The position numbers were made by a program, and so were the translations under genes. Shown here piece after piece: positions 36,980 through 48,192 of a stretch of 64,000 nucleotides of DNA. This DNA is from an uncultured Gammaproteobacteria bacterium. GTDB lineage: Bacteria > Patescibacteriota > Microgenomatia > UBA12405. Location of the stretch: assembly GCA_964544275.1 (NCBI GenBank), contig CAZIZX010000002.1, positions 96,100-160,099 on the forward strand, given 5' to 3'. The notes below the pieces were generated by a model. That model was not told the origin of the DNA and made no database searches. It worked only from the letters and a program-made list of their open reading frames with translations. Each line of letters begins with the position of its first letter. Positions within the stretch are counted from its first letter, which is position 1.

Positions 36980-37558
36980 ATGGAAATCAGGAGAACAAGC
37001 AAGCATGCCGTTTGGTTGAAGGGTAAAAAAGAAAATGTTTTTGTCAATCCTTCGGAAGATAATTTGAAATTAAAAAAATATCAACCAACAAGGATTGTGT
37101 TGTTAACCGGGGAAGAACATGATTTTTTGGGTTTGGGTGAAGAAACGGTTATTATAAGGGGCCCGGGAGAATATGAAGTCGGTGGGGTGGAGATAGTAGG
37201 AATAAATGGTATGCATGGGTTTGTGTATGTGGTTAGCATGGATGGGGTGAGAATTGGAGTTTTGGGAGAAATCGATGAAGCTTTGTCCGACAAGAAAATT
37301 GAGAGGATAAATGCTTTGGATGTTTTGGTAGTTCCAATTAAAAATAAAAATGTGGGGACTAAACTAAAATTAGAATGGGCGAAGAAGTGGGGGGCTAATT
37401 ATGTTATACCGGTGGGATATGAAGAGGACGATGAGGAATATGGCACTTTTTTGGATGAGGCCGATAGGGAAGATGCTAAAAAAGTAGAGTTACTAAAAAT
37501 TGATAAAATCGAGGATTTGCCTGAAGGAAGGGAAGTAGTAATCCTAAAGATTCAGTAA
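36980..37558 (+). CDS. MBL-fold (Lactamase_B_3-like) protein, metal motif degenerate
   Basis: GPGEYEVGGVEIVG, DVLVVP, VIP; no HxHxDH. Confidence 0.7.
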   Translation: MEIRRTSKHAVWLKGKKENVFVNPSEDNLKLKKYQPTRIVLLTGEEHDFLGLGEETVIIRGPGEYEVGGVEIVGINGMHGFVYVVSMDGVRIGVLGEIDEALSDKKIERINALDVLVVPIKNKNVGTKLKLEWAKKWGANYVIPVGYEEDDEEYGTFLDEADREDAKKVELLKIDKIEDLPEGREVVILKIQ

Positions 37559-37562
37559 AAAT

Positions 37563-38873
37563 ATGAGTGATGTAATGAGATTGCCGCCAAGTTCAGAAGA
37601 AGCAGAACTGTCTGTTTTGGGGTCAATACTGATCGATAATGATGCGATTTTGAATGTGTCTGAATTTTTGAGGCCGGAAAATTTCTATAATTTCAATAAC
37701 GGATCGATTTTTGAGGCGATGATGAAATTGTACGAGGAGAGATCGCCGATTGATATTGTGACAGTGTCGGAAAAGCTGAAGGAACTAAAGCAATTAAAAA
37801 GGATTGGTGGCAAAGCATTTTTGACAAAGTTGGCCAATGAGGTACCAACGGCAGCGAATGTGGAAAGTTACGGGCAAATTATAAAATCATTATCGGCCAA
37901 AAGAGAGTTAATAACGGCAGCGGGGAAAATAGGGGAAATGGCTTTCGATGATGGTATGGGTTCGAATGAGTTATTGGACGCGGCGGAGCAAGCAATCTTT
38001 TCATTGTCACAAAAACACTTAAAGTCAGTGCCAATATCGATAAAAGAAGTATTGACTGCAAGTTTTGACCGGTTGGATGAGCTGCAAAAAATGGGAAATG
38101 GGTTGCGGGGGGTGCCGTGCGGGTTTAAGGCATTAGATACTTTGTTAGCAGGAATGCAAAACAGTAATTTGATTATTTTGGCGGCTAGACCGGGCGTAGG
38201 GAAGACAGCTTTTGGGTTGAATATTGCTAGGCATGTGGCGGTGGAAGAAAAATTGCCGACATGTGTGTTTTCGTTGGAAATGAGCAAGGAGGAGCTGGTG
38301 GACAGGTTGTTGGTGAGGCAGGGTTTGATTGATGCTTGGAAGTTAAAAACCGGTCAATTGTCGGAGCATGATTTTGGTTCATTATCGGAAGCTATGGGAA
38401 TATTAGCTGAAGCACCGTTGTATATCGATGACACCCCAGGGTTGACGGTAACGGAATTAAGAACGAAGGCGCGCAGGTTGCAGGTGGACAAGGGAATCAA
38501 GTTTATTATTGTTGATTATTTGCAGTTGATGCATGGATTGACCCGAGATAATCGGGTCCAGGAAGTTTCGGAAATATCTCAGGGCTTGAAGAATCTAGCT
38601 AGAGAATTGGGAGTTCCGGTGCTGGCGGCGGCCCAGTTATCAAGGGCAATGGAGACGCGGGGAGGCAAGCCGAGATTGTCTGACCTGAGGGAATCGGGGA
38701 GCATAGAACAGGATGCCGATGTGGTGATGTTTCTGCATCGGGAAAATGAGGAAGTTCGGGAGATGGTGACGTGCAGTATTGAAAAACATAGAAATGGCCC
38801 TACTGGCCAATTTAATTTATTTTTCAATGGTAAACAGGTAAGTTTTTTTGATGTGGAGCAAAAGCCGGAATAA
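37563..38873 (+). CDS. dnaB: Replicative DNA helicase
   Basis: AARPGVGKT, FSLEM, VDYLQL, SDLRESGSIEQDAD, KHRNGP. Confidence 0.97.
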   Translation: MSDVMRLPPSSEEAELSVLGSILIDNDAILNVSEFLRPENFYNFNNGSIFEAMMKLYEERSPIDIVTVSEKLKELKQLKRIGGKAFLTKLANEVPTAANVESYGQIIKSLSAKRELITAAGKIGEMAFDDGMGSNELLDAAEQAIFSLSQKHLKSVPISIKEVLTASFDRLDELQKMGNGLRGVPCGFKALDTLLAGMQNSNLIILAARPGVGKTAFGLNIARHVAVEEKLPTCVFSLEMSKEELVDRLLVRQGLIDAWKLKTGQLSEHDFGSLSEAMGILAEAPLYIDDTPGLTVTELRTKARRLQVDKGIKFIIVDYLQLMHGLTRDNRVQEVSEISQGLKNLARELGVPVLAAAQLSRAMETRGGKPRLSDLRESGSIEQDADVVMFLHRENEEVREMVTCSIEKHRNGPTGQFNLFFNGKQVSFFDVEQKPE

Positions 38874-38904
38874 ATAAAAGTTTGGTATACTAGGTAAGTT
38901 TTTG

Positions 38905-38988
38905 GCCGGAGTGGCGGAATTGGTAGACGCGCACGACTCAAAATCGTGTGACAGCAATGTCATCTGGGTTCGATTCCCGGCTTCGGCA
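38905..38988 (+). tRNA. tRNA-Leu(CAA)
   Basis: GCCGGAG..CTTCGGC A; CACGA-CT CAA AA-TCGTG; long variable arm. Confidence 0.95.
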
Positions 38989-39027
38989 CATATAAAAAAG
39001 GGTGGGGATATTATAGAATATATATAG

Positions 39028-39714
39028 ATGCAAATTGGAATATTAAAAGCTATAGGTGTGGTTGTTTTTTTGTATCTTACCTGGAGGAATTCCAAGGAAA
39101 ACTATGGTGATGAGAAATTGATTTCGTATTCGTGGTTAAGTTTGCTGGTTTTTTTGGTAGGCGGGAGATTGACGTATGGCTTGCTTAATTTTGGGGCGTG
39201 GAATGATTCGATAGCAAATTGGTTTTTGGTTTGGCAGAAGCCGGGAATGAACTATATCGGGGCGTATTTGTTCTGGGTTCTAGCGTCGATAATATACGCG
39301 CAAAAAAACGAGTGGAGAGTGTGGTCATTTTTGGAGGAAAGTATCGGTAACTTTGGAATATTTATTCTATTTATTATGGCAGATGAGATATTGCGGGGTG
39401 GGGGAGAAAGTTTGGGGTTGCAAGTTTTGCTGCTGTTGGTGGGAACAGGTATTTTAACGGTGGTTTTGGGCAAGAAATATAGATCGTTTGTGTGGTATAG
39501 AAGCGGGAAAAAGGGATTTTTGTTTTTCTTTTCGAACATGATATTTTGGTTTTTGATGGTAATTAGGGCGTTTATATTTAAAGATGGGTTTCAGCCTTGG
39601 GGGTTGTACCTAACTTTGTGTTTGATTTCTGTGGCGGGATTGTTTATTCTAGGAGAAGTGTTTGGCCAATTATCGTTATTGTTTGTCGGGAAAAGGAGAA
39701 AAAATGAAAAATGA
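39028..39714 (+). CDS. Lgt-like multi-TM protein (divergent)
   Basis: VGGRLTYG and W..PGMNY.G resemble Lgt; near lspA. Confidence 0.55.
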   Translation: MQIGILKAIGVVVFLYLTWRNSKENYGDEKLISYSWLSLLVFLVGGRLTYGLLNFGAWNDSIANWFLVWQKPGMNYIGAYLFWVLASIIYAQKNEWRVWSFLEESIGNFGIFILFIMADEILRGGGESLGLQVLLLLVGTGILTVVLGKKYRSFVWYRSGKKGFLFFFSNMIFWFLMVIRAFIFKDGFQPWGLYLTLCLISVAGLFILGEVFGQLSLLFVGKRRKNEK

Positions 39715-40084
39715 TAAGAGTCACGGAAACTTGACATTTCCCAGTCGATTAATTAATCCGATAAGAAAATTTTTGGAAGATGAAATAGTTTTACTGAAGA
39801 GAAGGCAAAAAAATATTAAGGCCGGAGATCCTTTTGTAAATGAAGACAGAAGCGGGGAAAACTCACTGGAGGAGGATGTTGACGAGCAACTGGGTCATTT
39901 TGAGGCTGAAGTTAAGTCTAATTTTATCGGAAAACAACTGGTCCAACTCCGAAAAGCGTTAACACGGATTAAGTTGGGGAAGTATGGAATGTGTGAAAAT
40001 TGTGGCAAAATGATAGATACTGACAGGTTGGCCGCTAAGCCTGACACCACTATTTGTATAGATTGTGAAAAAGAGCAGGAATAG
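39704..40084 (+). CDS. DksA/TraR C4-type zinc finger protein
   Basis: ALTRI..GKYGMCENCG..I...RL.A.P....CIDC. Confidence 0.85.
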   Translation: MKNDKSHGNLTFPSRLINPIRKFLEDEIVLLKRRQKNIKAGDPFVNEDRSGENSLEEDVDEQLGHFEAEVKSNFIGKQLVQLRKALTRIKLGKYGMCENCGKMIDTDRLAAKPDTTICIDCEKEQE

Positions 40085-40454
40085 TCGATGGGCGAAATGG
40101 CTGGTATCAGCCATTTTCTGGTATGGAGTACATGAACTAATTTGGGGGAGTGTTGGAGTAGATGGGGGAGTGAAAAATAGCGGAATGAGTTTCGGTTGGC
40201 TGAATGATGCTTGGTGGTTGGTGCTGGTGGCGTTTATTGTCTTTTTTATTTACTTTCGAAGAGAGAAAAGGGTGGGTTTCTGGCTGGTTTTGATGGGTGG
40301 GGCGGCAAACTTAGTCGACAGGTTCAGGTTTGGGTATGTAAGGGATTATTGGTTATTGTCGAGGCTGGGTTTGTACAATAATATAAACGACTGGCTTATT
40401 ACAATTGGAGCTGTTATGTTTATTTATAGCTTATGGAAAAGCAGATTAAAATAA
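40065..40454 (+). CDS. lspA: Lipoprotein signal peptidase II
   Basis: NSGMSFG, GGAANLVDR...GYVRDY, NINDW. Confidence 0.8.
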   Translation: MKKSRNSRWAKWLVSAIFWYGVHELIWGSVGVDGGVKNSGMSFGWLNDAWWLVLVAFIVFFIYFRREKRVGFWLVLMGGAANLVDRFRFGYVRDYWLLSRLGLYNNINDWLITIGAVMFIYSLWKSRLK

Positions 40455-41113
40455 TTTTTGAGGATGATTATTTGATGGTAATAGATAAGCCCGATGGGGT
40501 AGTTGCCACCGAAGAGGGGCGGACCAATGAGCAGATTACGGTGGAAGACTGGTCAAGCCGGGTTATGAAAGTGGCGGTGGAGAGGGGTGGCGTGGTTCAC
40601 CGACTGGACAAAGACACAACCGGTCTATTATTGGTAGCCAAGAAAAGTGAAGTTTGGAGAAAGCTTAAGGGGCAGTTTAAGAGGAGGCAGGTAGAGAAAA
40701 AATATTTGGCGTTGGCGTCAGGAGATTTGCCGCTTAAGGGTCAAATAAATGTGCCGGTGGGGAGATCGAAATATGTTTTTGGGAAATTTGGAGTGAGACC
40801 GGAGGGGAAGGCAGCTATGACATGCTTTTCTACTTTAGCGAAGTATCGGATGGAAGGGAGAATTTACAGCCTGATTGAGGTGAACTTGGTGACCGGCAGG
40901 ACTCACCAAATTAGAGTTCACATGTCATATATGGGTTGGCCATTGGCTGGCGATAGAAATTATGGAGGAAAGGAGGTTGGTGGACTAAAAAGACAATTTT
41001 TGCATGCATATAAAATCAGTTTTGACCATCCGATGTCGGGCGAGAAAATGAGTTTTGAATCTCAGCTGCCGGATGACCTGAAGGAGTTAATTAATAAGAG
41101 TGAAAAAGTATAA
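40433..41113 (+). CDS. RluA/RluD-family pseudouridine synthase (no S4 domain)
   Basis: IDKPDG, VHRLDKDTTG, TGRTHQIRVH, LHA. Confidence 0.92.
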   Translation: MEKQIKIIFEDDYLMVIDKPDGVVATEEGRTNEQITVEDWSSRVMKVAVERGGVVHRLDKDTTGLLLVAKKSEVWRKLKGQFKRRQVEKKYLALASGDLPLKGQINVPVGRSKYVFGKFGVRPEGKAAMTCFSTLAKYRMEGRIYSLIEVNLVTGRTHQIRVHMSYMGWPLAGDRNYGGKEVGGLKRQFLHAYKISFDHPMSGEKMSFESQLPDDLKELINKSEKV

Positions 41114-41945
41114 ATATATAATGCCGGTTTTGGTTATTTTGGTGTTGGCGGGTTTGGGCGTTTTGGCTTTTGATAGAGTTTATAATGATGTATGGGATGG
41201 TAAAAATGATTTAAAGCTGGGAGTAATAAGTAAAGACAGACTGGCGTTGGTGTCGGTGTCGAGCGAGAGGAAAATGATCAATGTAATGAAATTGGACGGG
41301 AAGGTGATGGTGTGGATTCCAAAAGGTCTGAGCTGGTATCAGGCTGATCGGGTCGAGAGGCTTTTGGGTTTGGAAAAAGACGGCGATGAACTGGCGAGAT
41401 TATTATTTTTTTATAACTTTGGATTTATCAGCGATAAGATTGTGTATCTAGAGGAGGTTGATGACTGGCGGAACGACAAGGTATTACTAGAAGAAATTGG
41501 CCTGATTAACTGGGTCAGGTTTCGGCGGATGAGTGGAGAGATGTTATATAAGGAGGAAAACGTGACTGAGAATTTAGCGGATGAGGCGATCTTACTGGAT
41601 GAGGTTATGATGCGTGATTTTGCTGATAATAGGGTACTTAAGGGAGATTTAAGAATTAATACGATGAATACGACGGAGATTTCGGGACTGGCAAATTTTT
41701 TGGCGACTAAATTGGAGTGGGCCGGTTTTTCGGTGATCGGTGTGGATAATGTCGAAGCTGAGGTGAAAAATTGTTTGATGGTAAAAGGTGAGAATAGCGA
41801 AAATGAGTATTCCCTGAAAGTCCTGGAGAGTATTTTGGGTTGTCAGGTGAGTGAGAGTAAGGGTGGACAACATGAAACAGAGTTGTATTTTGGAGAGGGT
41901 TTCGCGGAAATGTTAAAATATTCAAGCTATGTCAGGACATTCTAA
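41100..41945 (+). CDS. Membrane-anchored LCP/LytR_C-like protein
   Basis: N-terminal TM; C-terminal INTMNTT.ISGLA...A..LE..GFSVI...N. Confidence 0.6.
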   Translation: MKKYKYIMPVLVILVLAGLGVLAFDRVYNDVWDGKNDLKLGVISKDRLALVSVSSERKMINVMKLDGKVMVWIPKGLSWYQADRVERLLGLEKDGDELARLLFFYNFGFISDKIVYLEEVDDWRNDKVLLEEIGLINWVRFRRMSGEMLYKEENVTENLADEAILLDEVMMRDFADNRVLKGDLRINTMNTTEISGLANFLATKLEWAGFSVIGVDNVEAEVKNCLMVKGENSENEYSLKVLESILGCQVSESKGGQHETELYFGEGFAEMLKYSSYVRTF

Positions 41946-42642
41946 GTGGGCAAATATCAAACAGAGGAAGGGTTCGCAGGATAAAAAAAGAAGCGAGTCT
42001 TTTACCCGGGTAGCGAAAGATATCCTAACGGCGATTAGATTGGGTGGTGGGGTGACTAATTCGGAGACGAATAGCTATTTGAAGAAGGCTATCGACAAAG
42101 CTCGAGAAGTAAATATGCCAAAGGAAAATGTTGCCAGGCTAATTGATAGTTTTGAGGCCAAAAAGGCGAAGTTGAGTAATTATATATTGGAAGGATACGG
42201 GTCTTTTGGAGTTCCTTTGGTAATCGAAGTGGAGACTGACAACAAGAACAGAATTTTGGCTGAAGTGAAGTCAGCTTTGAAAGTTTATGGCGGTAGTTTG
42301 GGTGAAACCAATTCGGTTATGTATCAATTTGAAAAAAGGGGTGAAGTTGAACTGGAAAGTATTAATGATGAGGACCAATTAACGTTGATTGATTGGGGGG
42401 CACAGGATTTTGACGAAAATATAGTGATTGTAAATCCGGGCGAGTTGGGTGATCTGGTCAAAAAGTTGGAGTCAAGTGGAAAAAATGTGGTGAGAGCGGA
42501 GGTGGTGTTGAGATCGAGTATGCCAGTGATGCTGAAGAGTGAAGATGAGTTAAACAGAGTTCTGGATTTGATGGCCGATTTGGAGGAGAATGAAGATGTG
42601 ATAAATGTTTTTGCCGGTTTTGATTATGAACAAAAGGATTAA
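41929..42642 (+). CDS. yebC: YebC/PmpR family protein
   Basis: MSGHSKWANIK, NMPK, EGYG, TDNKNR. Confidence 0.92.
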   Translation: MSGHSKWANIKQRKGSQDKKRSESFTRVAKDILTAIRLGGGVTNSETNSYLKKAIDKAREVNMPKENVARLIDSFEAKKAKLSNYILEGYGSFGVPLVIEVETDNKNRILAEVKSALKVYGGSLGETNSVMYQFEKRGEVELESINDEDQLTLIDWGAQDFDENIVIVNPGELGDLVKKLESSGKNVVRAEVVLRSSMPVMLKSEDELNRVLDLMADLEENEDVINVFAGFDYEQKD

Positions 42643-43411
42643 GTATTTATTGTCGTCATTATTGTCGGCTTTTGGGTTTTTCCTTTTGATAACTTTACCG
42701 TATGAATCCCATTATTATGGTCTGTTTGCGGGAATTGTTTTGATTTCGGTGTGTTTCTGGTTTGGTTTGGGGATAATTTTTGAAAAGGATTGGTTTAACA
42801 AGATGATGTCGACAATTTTGCCAGTATGTTTTTTTGTTGGTTCCGGGTTGTTTGTGGCGTTATTACCGTTAAATATGGTGGGATCTTTATTTTTGAGTGT
42901 GTTGTTCGGGGTGGTTTGTTACGTCATATTTTTGGTGGAAAATGTATTTTTGGTGGCAATTGGATATAAAACGGTGCCTTTGTATCGGGCGGCTTACACG
43001 GTGAGCTTGATAATACTTTTGCTGTGTTCATTTTTGCTGTTTAACAGCGTTTTTTCTTTCAGGTTTAACTATGGAATAAATATGCTTTTAGTGTTTTTGG
43101 TGTCGATATTGGTGTATTTGTACCAGTTTTGGGCAATAGCTATTGAACTGCCCGATGATGGTAGAGGGAAGAATATAATTGTCTACGTTTTGGTACCGGC
43201 ATTGCTGATGGCTGAGTTATCTTTGGTCTTTTCTTTTTGGCCCGTAGGTATTTTTAAGGGCTCAATCTATCTGGTGTCAGCGATTTATGTCTTGAGCGGA
43301 CTTTTGCAGGCTGATATTAGAGATCGGTTGTTTAAGAGGACCTGGCTATCGAATATTTGGATTGGGGTGGCTATACTTCTGGGCGTAGTGATAATGACCA
43401 GGTGGAAATAA
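42626..43411 (+). CDS. Polytopic membrane protein (DUF5656-like)
   Basis: About 9 TM segments; ENVF.V....TVPLYRAA, FWP. Confidence 0.65.
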   Translation: MNKRIKYLLSSLLSAFGFFLLITLPYESHYYGLFAGIVLISVCFWFGLGIIFEKDWFNKMMSTILPVCFFVGSGLFVALLPLNMVGSLFLSVLFGVVCYVIFLVENVFLVAIGYKTVPLYRAAYTVSLIILLLCSFLLFNSVFSFRFNYGINMLLVFLVSILVYLYQFWAIAIELPDDGRGKNIIVYVLVPALLMAELSLVFSFWPVGIFKGSIYLVSAIYVLSGLLQADIRDRLFKRTWLSNIWIGVAILLGVVIMTRWK

Positions 43412-44271
43412 ATATAAATTATACCTAAAGATAGGTTAAAACTTAATATTTGTGATTTAGAAAGGGGATTGTAGGTGAGTTGAAGCAGCTTTAGGGTTTG
43501 GTTTAGATGAAAGTTCGTGAGTGAGGTTTTGCGGTTAGTTGTGGCAATGATTTAGCGGGATTTGGGATAAAAACTGGGAAAAATATTTTGACAAGGGTGG
43601 GAGAGTAGGGAAGTGTCCTATAATATTTATATCCTATAATAATATTATTTTCACGGTATTGGTAATAATTTTCACATAATTATATGATATACAATGATAT
43701 AGTCTGTGTGGAAAAGTTAGAGGATGATGAATGTATCAGGAGAAGTGCTTGTTTGTAGTGAGAGTAGAGGGGGTAAGCAGTCAAATAACAAGCAAGCGAA
43801 GAAAATTAAAAAAGTAATAAAGTGGATGTGTTGGTAAGTGATAATATATACCTTCCCTAAGCAGGAGGAGGGTATCTTTGCTATGTCGCACAATGTATCT
43901 TTTACGACTAGGAAGCTGGAAAAAGGGAGGGGAGGTAGCGTGGATTTATTTTCTAAATTATTTAAAAATAGTTCCTGGTATTTTGGTAATTAAAGTTTTG
44001 GGGATTTTAAAAATGGCATTATTTGTCCTCTGGCGACTTTGGATCCATCTCAAATTGTCAGGCATAAATTTGATTTTTGACTCCCCTGAAGAGAAAATCC
44101 GGGGATATAGATAAAAATAACGAAAAGATAGGTAAAAAATGATATGACTTCACCAGAGGCTCTGTAATTAAAGATTTGAACAAAATGATATTCAGTATCC
44201 TTGGTTTTGGTAAATTTGAGCTAAGTTCGACAAAAATTGTGACAAACAAATAAAACTGTTAAGATGAAGTT

Positions 44272-45207
44272 ATGGAAAATGATTTAAGAGTTCTTGTTAG
44301 AAGATTTTTGGAATATCTGGAAGTGGAAAGAAACTGCTCGAAATTAACAATCAGGAATTATGAGCACTATCTTGATGTATTACTAAATTATTTGTCAGAG
44401 GGAAAAGAAGAAAAGGTTTTGACGATTTTTGATGTGAACGTTGAGAGTGTGAGGAAGTTTCGATTATATTTGAGCCGGCAGAAAGGAGTCAAGGGAGAAA
44501 TGAAACCGGTAACTCAGGGGTATTATATTATTGCTCTAAGGTCGTTGCTGAAGTGGTTGGTGAAGAATGATTATGTGGTTTTGCAGCCGGAAAAGTTGGA
44601 AGTACCAAAGAGTAAAGATCATTCATTAAAGTTTTTGGACGATAGTCAGATGGACAGGCTTTTGGGACAGCCGTTGTCGTCAACGATTAATGGCCTGCGG
44701 GATAAGGTGATATTGGAATTATTGTTTTCTACGGGCTTGAGGGTGTCGGAGTTGGTGTCCTTGGATCGGGATCAGGTAGATTTAGCGACGCGTGAGTTTG
44801 GGGTTGTGGGCAAGGGTGGTAGGTCGCGAGTGGTATTTATTTCGAAAAGAGCAGCTGATTACATGGATAAATACTTAAAAAACCGAAGGGATCACTTCAG
44901 ACCGCTGTTTATTCGGTATTCGGGTAAAAGAGATGTGGTCGTCAGTGACCAAGGTATGAGGTTGACAGTAAGATCGGTGCAGAGATTGGTCAAAAAATAT
45001 GTTAGGCAGGCTCGCCTACCGGTTGAGGCCACACCCCATACTTTGAGGCATTCGATGGCGACTGATTTGTTGAGGGCCGGAGCCGATTTGAGATCGGTGC
45101 AGGAAATATTGGGACACAAAAATATTGCCACCACTCAAATTTATACCCACGTGACAGATGCCCGGCTGAGGGAAATTCATGAAAAATTTCATAAAGGTAA
45201 TAAATAA
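44272..45207 (+). CDS. XerC/XerD-family tyrosine recombinase
   Basis: TGLRVSEL, GKG, TPHTLRHS, LGH..I.TTQIY. Confidence 0.93.
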   Translation: MENDLRVLVRRFLEYLEVERNCSKLTIRNYEHYLDVLLNYLSEGKEEKVLTIFDVNVESVRKFRLYLSRQKGVKGEMKPVTQGYYIIALRSLLKWLVKNDYVVLQPEKLEVPKSKDHSLKFLDDSQMDRLLGQPLSSTINGLRDKVILELLFSTGLRVSELVSLDRDQVDLATREFGVVGKGGRSRVVFISKRAADYMDKYLKNRRDHFRPLFIRYSGKRDVVVSDQGMRLTVRSVQRLVKKYVRQARLPVEATPHTLRHSMATDLLRAGADLRSVQEILGHKNIATTQIYTHVTDARLREIHEKFHKGNK

Positions 45208-45561
45208 AAGGTGGTGCCGGGCAGTATCCTTATAGTAGTGGTTTAGCAGGAGATGTCAGTGTACGAATGCAATTGTGATGTGTACTAGTTACTTATGGTT
45301 TAATTTATCCGTATCTTAGGTTAATATATAAATTGTGTGCCTGATTAGCAGTAGTGGTTGGTAACTGCTAATATCCCCCACCCTATAGTTAATGACCTAT
45401 AATTTTGATACGACTCCCCTACCCTACCGATTTATTAAATAAAAAATTTAGCCAAAAGTGTGAACAATATTATTAATTGTCCTATAGTAATTGGTGCATT
45501 AATCCTATAATATTATTAGTCCCCTACTCTGATTACTAAGATGGTGACAGTCTAAGGAAGT

Positions 45562-48186
45562 TTACTGAGCTTCTTCTGTTTCAGGTTTTTGGAGTACGGT
45601 CAGAGTGCTAACTTTGTCATCTTCGGCCTTTATTCTCATCAGGATTACTCCTTGGGTGTTTCGGCTGAGAATGGGAATATTTTTTAGGGGTAGCTTGATA
45701 GTAATGGCTTTTTTGGAGACGAGAATCACCTGTTCGTCATTTTCGGTGACTACTTGAGCAACTGCTACTTTGCCGGTCTTGGAGGTTAAACTGGAGACCT
45801 TGACACCAACGCCGCCCCGTTTTTGGAGAGGATATTGGTAGATGTCGGTACGTTTACCGATACCTTTTTCGGTGCAGACTAAAAGATGTCGGAAACTTTT
45901 GTCCTTTTTGCCTTTTTCTTTGGGAATAGAAGGTGGAACTACCCCAACACTGACAAGGTAATCGTTCTCTTTGAGAAAAATACCCCGAATACCCCGGGTG
46001 TGGCGACCCATGGGCCGGGCGTCTTTTTCATCAAAACGGATACACTTGCCTTCGTGGGTAATCATAAAAATGTGGCAGTTGCCGTCAGTACTTTTGGCCC
46101 AGACAAGCTGGTCGTTAGGATCAAGCTTGATAGCAGTCAGGCCGTTTTGGCGAATATTGTTGAATTTCTCGACGGCAGTTTTCTTAATGACACCTTTTTT
46201 GGTAGCTAGGAGAATATATTTGATGGGATCTTCTTTTCTAATTGAAAGTACGGCTTGAACTGTTTCTCCCTGGGAGATGTTGATGAGGTTAATGATAGCC
46301 TGTCCTTTGGACTGGCGGTTGGCTTCATTTAGATCCCAGACTTTGGTTTTGAAAACCCGACCTTTGTTGGTAAAGAAAAGGAGGTCGTCGTGAGTGGTGA
46401 CGTTGAGCATGTTTTCGATTTCGTCTTCCTCCTTGGTAGTCATGCCTAAGACTCCGATGCCACCGCGTTTCTGGGTGCGATAAGTGTCCTTGGAAACTCT
46501 TTTTATGTAGCCGGTTTTGGTGATGGTAACAAAGGTTGATTCTTTGGAGATCAGGTCTTCTTCGGAAAAGTCTTCCAGTCCCCGAGAATAAATTTTGGTA
46601 CGACGAGTATCACTGTATTTTTCGAGTATATCTTTGTTGTCGGATTTGATAACGCCAATCATGCGGTCTTCCCGGGTGATGATGGCGGTTAAGTCGTCGA
46701 TTACCGCTTTGATGGCGTTATATTCTTCTTCGATCTTTTGACGTTCGAGAGCAGCCAGACGTCGGAGCTGCATTTCCAGAATGGCATTGGCCTGAACGTC
46801 GGTAAAGTTGAATTTAGCCATTAAATTATTTCGAGCGTCTTCGGTGCTTTGTGAGGCGCGGATAGTTTTGATAACTTCGTCGATATTGTCCAGAGCAATT
46901 TTGAGACCTTCTAGAATGTGAGCCCGCATCAGCGCACCCTTGAGATCAAAAAGGGTGGCCCGACGGATGATATTTTCTCGATGACGAAGAAAGAGGAGCA
47001 GCATCTGACGGAGGTTTAGAGTTTGAGGAATACCGTTGACCAAAGCCAATATATTGGCAGAATAGGAGCTTTGGAGGGCGGTAAATTTGTAGAGTTTATT
47101 TAAAATTGTTTTGGGTTTGCCAGTTTTCCTGATTTCTATGACTATCCGGATACCATGGCGGTCAGATTCGTCGCGAAGATCGGAGATACCAATTATTTTT
47201 TTGTCGCGAACCAGATCGGCGATTTTTTTGATGAGTTCAGACTTATTAACCTGATAGGGCAACTCGGTGACGATAATTCTGATTTTGCCTGATTTGGTTT
47301 CTTCAATAGTGGATTTGCCCCTGATTTTGAATTTGCCTCGGCCAGTATTGTACATTTCAAGGATGCCGCTTTTGCCGTAAATTTCTCCGGCTGTGGGGAA
47401 ATCAGGGCCCTGGACGTATTTGACCAAGTTATCAATGGTGGCATTTGATTCCAGATTAAAACGGAGTTTTTGGAGGTCGTAGAGTGGTTTTAGAATTATG
47501 TCTTCGGTGGTTTGTTTTTTGTTGATCGGTTCAATCTCAATTTCGGGTTCAACTTTTTCCAGATGGGCATGATCGAGCATGTGATCTAGGGCAAGACAGA
47601 GCTCTTTGAGGTTGTGAGGTGGAATTCGGGTGGCCATGCCGACAGCAATACCGTCAGCTCCGTTGAGTAAGAGGTTGGGCACGCGGGCAGGCAGTACGGT
47701 TGGTTCTTTGAGGGTAGCGTCAAAATTTTCACTCATGTCAACAGTTTCTTTGTTGATGTCGGAAATCATTTCATTGGTTAATTTGGCCATTTTGACTTCG
47801 GTATACCTCATGGCCGCTGGAGGATCACCGTCGATAGAACCAAAATTGCCTTGGCCAGTGACTAGCGGATAGCGCATGGAAAATTCCTGGGCCATACGGA
47901 CCATGGCAAAGTAAACCGAAATGTCGCCGTGAGGGTGGTATTTACCCAAAACTTCACCCACAACTTTGGCTGATTTTGAGTTTTTGCCTCCAGGAGTCAA
48001 GCCCATTTGGTTCATGGCATAGATAATGCGGCGGTGGACGGGTTTTAGCCCATCGCGGACATCAGGAAGTGCTCGTTGGACGATGACACTCATGGCATAG
48101 TCCAGATAAGATTTTTCCATTTCCGGGACGATGTCTACCGCAAGTATTTTGCCGATATTGTTTTTTGAGGTGTTTGAATCTGCCAT
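45562..48186 (-). CDS. gyrA: DNA gyrase subunit A
   Basis: [29 protein letters not shown], GyrA-box QKRGGIG. Confidence 0.97.
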   Translation of the reverse strand: MADSNTSKNNIGKILAVDIVPEMEKSYLDYAMSVIVQRALPDVRDGLKPVHRRIIYAMNQMGLTPGGKNSKSAKVVGEVLGKYHPHGDISVYFAMVRMAQEFSMRYPLVTGQGNFGSIDGDPPAAMRYTEVKMAKLTNEMISDINKETVDMSENFDATLKEPTVLPARVPNLLLNGADGIAVGMATRIPPHNLKELCLALDHMLDHAHLEKVEPEIEIEPINKKQTTEDIILKPLYDLQKLRFNLESNATIDNLVKYVQGPDFPTAGEIYGKSGILEMYNTGRGKFKIRGKSTIEETKSGKIRIIVTELPYQVNKSELIKKIADLVRDKKIIGISDLRDESDRHGIRIVIEIRKTGKPKTILNKLYKFTALQSSYSANILALVNGIPQTLNLRQMLLLFLRHRENIIRRATLFDLKGALMRAHILEGLKIALDNIDEVIKTIRASQSTEDARNNLMAKFNFTDVQANAILEMQLRRLAALERQKIEEEYNAIKAVIDDLTAIITREDRMIGVIKSDNKDILEKYSDTRRTKIYSRGLEDFSEEDLISKESTFVTITKTGYIKRVSKDTYRTQKRGGIGVLGMTTKEEDEIENMLNVTTHDDLLFFTNKGRVFKTKVWDLNEANRQSKGQAIINLINISQGETVQAVLSIRKEDPIKYILLATKKGVIKKTAVEKFNNIRQNGLTAIKLDPNDQLVWAKSTDGNCHIFMITHEGKCIRFDEKDARPMGRHTRGIRGIFLKENDYLVSVGVVPPSIPKEKGKKDKSFRHLLVCTEKGIGKRTDIYQYPLQKRGGVGVKVSSLTSKTGKVAVAQVVTENDEQVILVSKKAITIKLPLKNIPILSRNTQGVILMRIKAEDDKVSTLTVLQKPETEEAQ

Positions 48187-48192
48187 GATTTA

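Noticed and set aside
37563-38873. Intein or intron in dnaB
   Set aside because: Normal length with contiguous motifs
43878-44249. Short ORFs upstream of xer
   Set aside because: Non-ATG starts, low complexity, mutually overlapping, no recognisable motifs
43411-44271. Replication origin
   Set aside because: Only one clear DnaA-box-like 9-mer (TGTGGAAAA, 43707-43715), no dnaA/dnaN, and no evident skew switch
44272-45207. Prophage or island integrase
   Set aside because: Xer-like size and motifs; no phage or cargo genes and no adjacent tRNA att site
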